A DNA stretch of 64,000 nt, from contig OZ024743.1 of NCBI GenBank assembly GCA_964016885.1, positions 98,022,001-98,086,000 of the forward strand. Direction: 5' to 3'. The DNA comes from Eledone cirrhosa (taxonomy: Eukaryota). Below are positions 56,145 through 64,000 of the stretch, piece after piece. A model generated the notes under the pieces. That model was not told the DNA's origin and made no database searches. It saw only the letters and a program-made list of their open reading frames with translations. The position numbers and the translations under genes are program-made. Position 1 is the first letter of the stretch. Every line of letters begins with the position of its first letter.

Positions 56145-57380
56145 TACACCACCCCATATAACCACCCGTCCACCACACCACCCCACACCTCCCCACATAA
56201 CAACCACCACACCACCACTACACCACCACCACACCACACCACATAACCACCACCACACCACATAACCACCACCACACCACCCCACATAACCACCACCACA
56301 CCACCCCACATAACCACCCCCCACACCACCACCACACCACCCCCACACCACCCCACATAACCACCACCACACCACCCCACATAACCACCACCACACCACC
56401 ACACCACCACACCACACCACATAACCAACACCACACCACCCCACATAACCACCACCACCACACCACCACCACACACCACCACCCCACATAACCACCACCA
56501 CCACACCACCACCACACCACCACACCACCCCACACCACCCCACATAACCACCACCACACCACCCCACATAACCACCACCACACCACCACACCACCACACC
56601 ACACCACATAACCAACACCACACCACCCCACATAACCACCACCACACCACCACCACACCACCACACCACCCCACATAACCACCACCACACCACCACCACA
56701 CCACCACCACACCACCCCACATAACCACCACCACACCACCACCACACCACTACACCACCCCACATAACCACCACCACACCACCCCACATAACCACCACCA
56801 CACCACCACACATAACCACCACCACACCAGCACACCACCCCACATAACCACCACCACACCACCACACCACCCCACATAACCACCACCACACCACCACCAC
56901 CCCACCCCACATAACCACCACCACACCACCCCACATAACCACCACCACACCACCACCACACATCCCCACATAACCACCACCACACCACCACACCACCACA
57001 TAACCACCCCACATAACCACCACCACACCACCACCACCACACCACCCCACATAACCACCACCACACCACCCCACATAACCACCACCACACCACCCCACAT
57101 AACCACCACCACACGACCCCACATAACCACCACCACACCACCACCACACCACCCCACATAACCACCACCACCACACCACCACACCACCCCACATAACCAC
57201 CACCCCACATAACCACCACCACACCACTCCACATAACCACCACCACACCACCACCACACCACCCCACATAACCACCACCACACCACCACACCACCACCAC
57301 ACCACCCTACATAACTACCGCCACACCACCATACCACCACCACACCACCCCACATAATCACCACCAACCCACCACCCCAC
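56145..57380. repeat. C/A-rich degenerate minisatellite (CCACATAACCACCACCACACCACC-like)
   Basis: Continuous units. Followed by (CAC/CAT)n at ~57495-57777 and (TAG/CAG)n at ~57835-58490, the latter containing a SINE fragment at ~58145-58220. Confidence 0.95.
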
Positions 57381-57962
57381 AATACATTACTCCCATATCT
57401 TACAACCATTAGAGGGAAATTTGAATTTTATTTTATTATTCCAGATTTTTCTTCATTTTTTTGTCTATTACTTTTTAAATTCATTTCTGTTCGTCACCAC
57501 CACCACCACCACCATCATCACCACCATCACCACCGCCATCACCACCACCACCGCCATCACCACCATCACCACAACCACCATCATCACCACCATCATCATC
57601 ACCACCACCACCACCACCATCACCACCACCACCACCATCATCATCACCACCACCACCACCTCCATCACCACCACCACCACCATCATCATCACCACCACCA
57701 CCACCTCCATCACCACCACCACCACCATCATCATCACCACCACCACCACAATCATAATCATCATCATCATCGCCATCAATCCTTATTTAACGATAATGAT
57801 ATGGCAATAATAATTATTGTCATCAGCAGGTGCTGCAGTAGTAGTAGTAGTAGTAGTAGTAGTTGTAGTTGTAGTAGTAGAAGTAGTAGTAGCAGAGCAG
57901 CAGCATTAGTAGTAGTAGTAGCAGAGCAGCATTAGTAGTAGTAGTAATAGTAGTAGTAGCAG

Positions 57963-58042
<80 letters not shown>

Positions 58043-58054
58043 CATAATTATTAT

Positions 58055-58104
<50 letters not shown>

Positions 58105-58323
58105 CTTGTAGTAGTAGTAGTAGCAGCAGCATTAGTAGTAGTAATAATTGTTTCTACTTTAGGCACAAGGCCAGCAATTTTCCAGTGCATTACTGGTACT
58201 TTATTTTTTCGACCCCGTAGTAATAATAGTAGTAGTAAAGTAGCAGTAGTAGTAGCAGTAGTAGTAAAGTAGCAGTAGTAGTAGCAGTAGTAGTAGTAGC
58301 AGCAGTAGTAGTAGTAGTAGTAA

Positions 58324-58362
<39 letters not shown>

Positions 58363-58435
58363 CAGCAGTAGTAATAGTAGTAGCAGTAGTAGTAGCAGCA
58401 GTAGTAGTAGTAGCAGCAGCAGCAGTAGTAGTAGC

Positions 58436-58492
<57 letters not shown>

Positions 58493-58811
58493 TACTGTTG
58501 CTGTGTTTAAATATTCTTGCTGATTTCTATCACATTAAACTAATTTTTTAAACAGTAAACAAATGAAACGTTTTTTCAGTGTTTTTGTTGTTATTGTTGA
58601 TGTTGTTGTTGCTGTTATTGTTCTTGTAGTTGTTGTAGTTGTTGTAGTTCTTGTTATTGTTATAGTTATTGTTGTAGCTGCTGTTGCTGCTGCTTAGATC
58701 CCAGTCATCCTTCAACATTTCAATCTCTGATCAAATCTATTTCAACAGAGACCATCCCATCTTTTACTGAGACATTTTTTGTTATGGTTCAGAACTCTTA
58801 ATTATAGATAT

Positions 58812-59780
58812 CTTTCTTTATTTGCCACAGGGGCGTACAAAAATGGGACATTAGAAGACGTGACGGCGGGGGTTTTACATAAAAATAACTTTAACATTAA
58901 TAAATAACAATAAACTATATATAATAAAATAACAATTGAAATCCCCAGTAGGGGGGAACGTTACTGCAGGGTTGTTTTACACCCCGTGGATAGAACAACC
59001 CTCAATACCAGGAACACGTTTTGTAGGTGTTCCCCTGTCTTCCCTCTGTTTATCTTCCTCAACCTACAGACTTATATACAGAGAAGGCCCATTCACTCGG
59101 GCCATTTTTGCCACATTCACTCACCTTTCAGCGAATTTACTGGGGTGTAGCACCTCTCTCTCCACTCTCACCTTCCTTCTGAAGTGATACTTAAAAAAGG
59201 GGATAAGTTGTTATCCGGAGAGAAAGATGTTTGCCCTCAGTCCTTTTAAACTCGTCCACCATATTACCTCTTTCGCCATAGCCACCAGACAGAGGAAAAC
59301 CGCCTCTCCTTCGTTCTTAAATGAAGGCGGCGAGGTGATCCTCACGATGGACTCGGCTGACAACTGGATGCGTCCCACACGTGACAGCAGCTGTTCGACA
59401 TAATTCCACAGGTCGGTCATCCCTGGGCACTGAACAATTGCGTGCAGAACGGTTTCGATGTCCTGCTCGCATCTTGGACAGATCCTTTTGGCAGGATCTC
59501 TGCCAGGGCGTCCGTGCCTGTAGATTTTGTCTCGAACTGGTAGAGCTCCTCGGTAGCACGGCCAGGCCAGAGACCTCTGGAAGTTATCCATAGTCTCTGG
59601 ACTGAAAGTCCTCCCGAACAGACTGGTCCTTCGTCCTCCTCGATGCCTAGAGTTTCCTCGAGAACGTCGTCGCACTTATTCTCCACTAATCCCCTATAGA
59701 ATGTCGAAGTGGAGTCTCCGCTGATTGCCGTTTCCGCTTGGTAGAGAGCTGTGAGCGTCTGTAGGCACTCGAGGTGCCAG
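58812..59780 (-). mobile_element. Tx1/L1-like non-LTR retrotransposon 3' fragment
   Basis: QRSLAW...ALPVRDK...CPRCEQDIETVLHAIVQC (CX2CX8HX4C knuckle); 3' UTR ending in AATAAA near 58820. Confidence 0.85.
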
Positions 59781-60067
59781 TGCTATGAAACGTTGTTGGA
59801 ATGGTATTCTTGTTCTTAACCCCAGACCAACCCCAGACCAGTTGATAGAACTACGATCAAAGGCGTTCCGGTCGTGACCACCCATCATTTTGTCAGACAT
59901 CTTTTATGTAGGGCTATTATCCAAATTGGTCTTCTTTTTTTCAAATGATAGGCCGTGACATGTTAGGAATTTCGTTACTATTTCATTGGCTCGCTAATTA
60001 TTATAGATTTTAATTAATGTGTTGTATGTACTACAAGCGGATTTTAATATTAGTTCCATTGATTGTA

Positions 60068-60595
60068 AGGTGGTGGGGTGGCAGGGTCGATAGGGTGACG
60101 GTGAGGCTGCCAGGGTTGATAGGGTGACGGTGGGGGTGGCAGGGTTGATAGGGTGACGGTGAGGCTGCCAGGGTTGATAGGGTGACGGTGGGGCTGGCAG
60201 GGTTGATAGGGTGACGGTGGGGGTGGCAGGGTTGATAGGGTGACGGTGGGGGTGGCAGGGTTGATAGGGTGACGGTGGGGCGGGCAGGGTTGATAGGGTG
60301 ACGGTGGGGTGGCAGGGTTGATAGGGTGAGGTGGGGGTGGCAAGGTTGATAGGGTGACGGTGGGGCTGGCAGGGTTGATAGGGTGACGGTGGGGTGGTAG
60401 GGTTTATAGGGTGACGTGGGGGTGGCAGGGTTGATAGGGTGACGGTGGGGTGGCAGGATTGATAGGGCGACGGTGGAGTTGGCAGGGTTGATAGCGTGAC
60501 GGTGGGGTGGCAGGGTTGATAGGGTGACGGTGGGAGTGGCATGGTTGATAGGGTGACGGTGGGGGTGGCAGGGCTGATAGGGCGACGGTGGGGTA
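60068..60595. repeat. 28-29-bp G-rich minisatellite (GGGTGACGGTGGGGGTGGCAGGGTTGATA)n
   Basis: About 18 tandem units. Confidence 0.95.
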
Positions 60596-61109
60596 AACAG
60601 AGGTAGTGACGGTGGTGGGGGTGAATGGGGGGAGATGGGGTAGACAGGTAGAATAGAATGGATAGAGTGAAGGTGGTGGTATAGATATAGAGTGAAGGTG
60701 GTGGTGTAGATATAGAGTGAAGGTGGTGGTATAAAAGGGATAGAGTTAGGGTGGTGAGTTAAGTTGGATAGAATGACGGTAGTTTGACAGAATTGACAGA
60801 ACTTTGGATTGGTTTATAGTCTTTTGTTACCTGTACAACTACAATGGCCTTAATATAATTTCCGTTGTAGGTTTATGAATATCTATGTGAAGTGAAGAAG
60901 TGTGTCATAATCAGTGTAAGAAAGGTCTTATATGTAGCTTGATCTAAACTACAGGACAGGGGGTATATGCAACAAACATAATTCTTGTTTCAATTTTCTT
61001 TTCCTTTTTGTCGTTCAGTATTAGCTATGGTGAATGGATCTGTACATTGAAACCGAGGGCTAAAACTGCTAGGTTTTGTTAAATATAACTTTGCTCGATG
61101 ATAGGTGGT

Positions 61110-61311
<202 letters not shown>

Positions 61312-61378
61312 CATATATGGTACCAGGAAAAACAGGAAAAGCTAGGCAGGAAAAACTGGACAGAAGGAGAAATTTATA

Positions 61379-61509
61379 AAATCGAAAATGCAACTGGAGT
61401 CTTATTTTTTTTTAAATATATATATTTATTTGGTCCCTTTAACGGTTTCGCAGTTCTTCTGCTTTTCAAAAGTAGAGTTGAGATGGAGGTCTGTGTTTTT
61501 CTCACATCT
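61379..61509 (-). mobile_element. Copy of the 1150-1601 palindrome arm, including the U3-A8 hammerhead motif
   Basis: Close match to ~1159-1291; minus strand reads TTGAAAA gcag-aagaa-ctgc GAAAC CG TTA. Confidence 0.85.
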
Positions 61510-61574
61510 CAGATTACAGTTATAATTATGCGTTGTTGTATTACCATGGTGAAAAGCAACCTCATCAACCCATC

Positions 61575-62076
61575 CATGGTAATACAACAACGCATAATTA
61601 TAACTGTAACTGTGCCCAACCAGGAATGTGTCCATTCAACAATCAGTGTCTTGAACACAACATCATATACAAATGTACTATCGAATCGGGTAGCCAGAAG
61701 TGGTACTATGTGGGGTCTACAGCTACCTCCTTCAAATCTCGCCTTTTTGACATCATTACTCGATAAAACATGAAAACCGGCGTTATGTAACAACACTCGC
61801 AGACAAGGCTTGGCAGCTGCGCGAAAATAACCAACAATTTAACCTAAAATGGGATATAATAGCATGGGCCCCTCCATAAACCAAGGACAGGAATTTTGTA
61901 AATTGTATAATATGGAAATATTTTGTATTATGAAATCCAAAAATATTTTATTAAATAACATAATAGAGCGATCGTTATACTGTAACCATCGCTTGAAATC
62001 TACATTTTCAAATTACAAAGCTACCAGGATTGAACGCCTGTCTCCATCTCCGTTTGATTGTCAAAATACATATTAA
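61575..62076 (+). pseudogene. Naiad-type Penelope-like GIY-YIG endonuclease fragment with a short 5' inversion
   Basis: CNCAQPGMCPFNNQC..NIIYKC...YYVGSTATSFKSR / FCKLYNME...LLN...CNH. 61514-61548 is an inverted copy of its 5' end. Confidence 0.88.
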
Positions 62077-62575
62077 CATTCTCTATTAGTCTTCATTCTA
62101 TCAACTCTTCTATTCTTTACCATTTAATATAAACTGCTATAGATAAAATGAGATTTCTTAATTCAATTCCCTAATGCATATACCAGCAGGCTACCAGCAT
62201 TGTTGTTATACAGTAGCAGTGAAAATCTCTCTCTTCCTTACTTGACACTTTATATCTGTATTAATACTACTACACCAAACGACCAGCCCTGTCCATTGTT
62301 CAATTGGTCAAATATAGATTAAAATAGGCACTCCCAAAAATTCTTATTTTGATAAAATAAGCCATATACTCATTGTATTCTCATTAAAAACCTTCTATAT
62401 ACTTGTTTACCAGCAAATTGAATTGCCATCTGTCATATACTATCCCTTCTCTTCTTCCTTTCTTACAACTAATATAAATACTTTAATTTTTCTGATTTTT
62501 TCCAATTTATCCAATATCTCTGAAGAAGTGACAACTGATTATACATTTGCTATCGAATACTTGCTAACATTGTAT

Positions 62576-62760
62576 GGTGGATTGGCAGTATCGGTAGAGG
62601 ATCGGACGCCATGCTTTCCAGCATAGTTACGTCCCTTTACGATCTGAGTTCAAATCCCGCCGAGGTTGACTTTGCCTTTCATTCTTACGGGGTCGATAAA
62701 ATAAAGTACCAGTAATGCACTGGGTAATTGCTGGCCTTGTGCCTAAAGTAGAAACAATTA
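62576..62760 (+). mobile_element. tRNA-derived SINE (main family), full length
   Basis: tggcagtatcggtag A box, gagttcaaatcc B box, core, aacaatta end. Confidence 0.92.
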
Positions 62761-62883
62761 TATGATTACACAAGCAGCGATACATAGGTATTCCGTCTGT
62801 TACAGAAACATATGTCAATACCTAATAAATTCCTTTATAAAACGACTTTCATTTTATATACATCTTTTATATATATATATATG

Positions 62884-62928
<45 letters not shown>

Positions 62929-63167
62929 GTTTATTTAATATATATATATATATATATATTAAATAAACATGTTTTAACGGTCTATTCTCCGATTTCTTAC
63001 TTTGCCACGTGCTTACGCTCTGCTAACTCTCTAGCCCACTAAATATTAACACTTCGAATATTTAATACTGCCGGCACTAGTATCGCGCACCTTTGGCATA
63101 CGCTACTTGGCAAATAACTATATGTATCACCTATCCTCCCTTTTTTTTCTCTCTCGATACGTAAATA

Positions 63168-63223
<56 letters not shown>

Positions 63224-63306
63224 ATAATAATAAATTTGTAGACTAAAATCCAAAGAGGGCTCGATAAGGATAAATATATATCAGATATATACGAACCGTA
63301 AAGCAA

Positions 63307-63530
<224 letters not shown>

Positions 63531-63830
63531 GCAATTGATATATTCTTCTTCTTCTTCTTTGTCCACATATGCCTGAGAGAGTCACGAGGGAAGAGTTCTC
63601 AAACACTCCTTCCAGCAGGTCCTGTCAGAAGCAACCGTCTCCAATTGATCCATATGCATATACATTTTATTTCTATTTACATATATATATATATTGTTAT
63701 ACTTTGGGAGGGTCATGTTGCCAATAAGAAACACACGCACCAGTTGCTTTCACTTCAATTTATTATAAATTAAATTTATAAATTTCCGGTTGGTTGGTTG
63801 GTTCCACAACCAGACGATTGTTCATATATT

Positions 63831-63873
63831 GTCAAAGTTCTTTCGTCACACATTCTGTGACCTCTTCAGTGAC
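63831..63873 (-). ncRNA. Minimal type I hammerhead motif (family III) in the left arm of a palindrome running off the window end
   Basis: Minus strand: gtca CTGAAGA g gtcaca-gaatg-tgtgac GAAAG AA CTT tgac. 63853-63918 is inverted at 63935-64000. Confidence 0.7.
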
Positions 63874-64000
63874 TGGGGATTCTTTTCTTTGTTTTTGTGC
63901 CTCTCCTTTGTTCTGTCCAAAACAAGATAGCGTAGGACAGAAAAAAGGAGTGGCACAAAAACAAAGAAAATAATCCCCACTCACTGAAAAGGTCACAGAA

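Noticed and set aside
56063-57409. Gly/Val/Trp/Cys-rich ORFs resembling structural proteins
   Set aside because: Open in all three frames with irregular unit lengths; low-complexity DNA rather than codon-structured sequence.
62576-62660. tRNA genes at A/B-box sites
   Set aside because: The boxes are SINE heads with a long spacer and no cloverleaf or acceptor stem.

Overview
AT-rich, microsatellite-saturated animal DNA with one 200-N assembly gap. The repeat content looks cephalopod (octopus-like), which is an inference. No intact host protein-coding gene is supportable, and almost all long ORFs in the track are translations of simple or tandem repeats. The window holds degenerate retroelements: Penelope-like elements (three Naiad-type thumb/GIY-YIG fragments, a Neptune-type GIY-YIG and an RT fragment), CR1-, CRE-, RTE- and Tx1-like LINE fragments, and many tRNA-derived SINEs. 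It also has several minisatellites (16, 17, 25, 29 bp) and a 611-bp tandem repeat. The main hidden signal is RNA-structural. About 20 type I hammerhead ribozyme (HHR) motifs from several unrelated short families sit next to (TA)n tracts, and many lie in long fold-back palindromes carrying one hammerhead per strand, always reading outward from the centre. Unusual variants include a U3-A8 compensated core, a conserved ~60-nt extended stem II, and a retrozyme-like 611-bp tandem unit with a hammerhead-like motif. All folds were read by eye, none was computed, and many boundaries are approximate.
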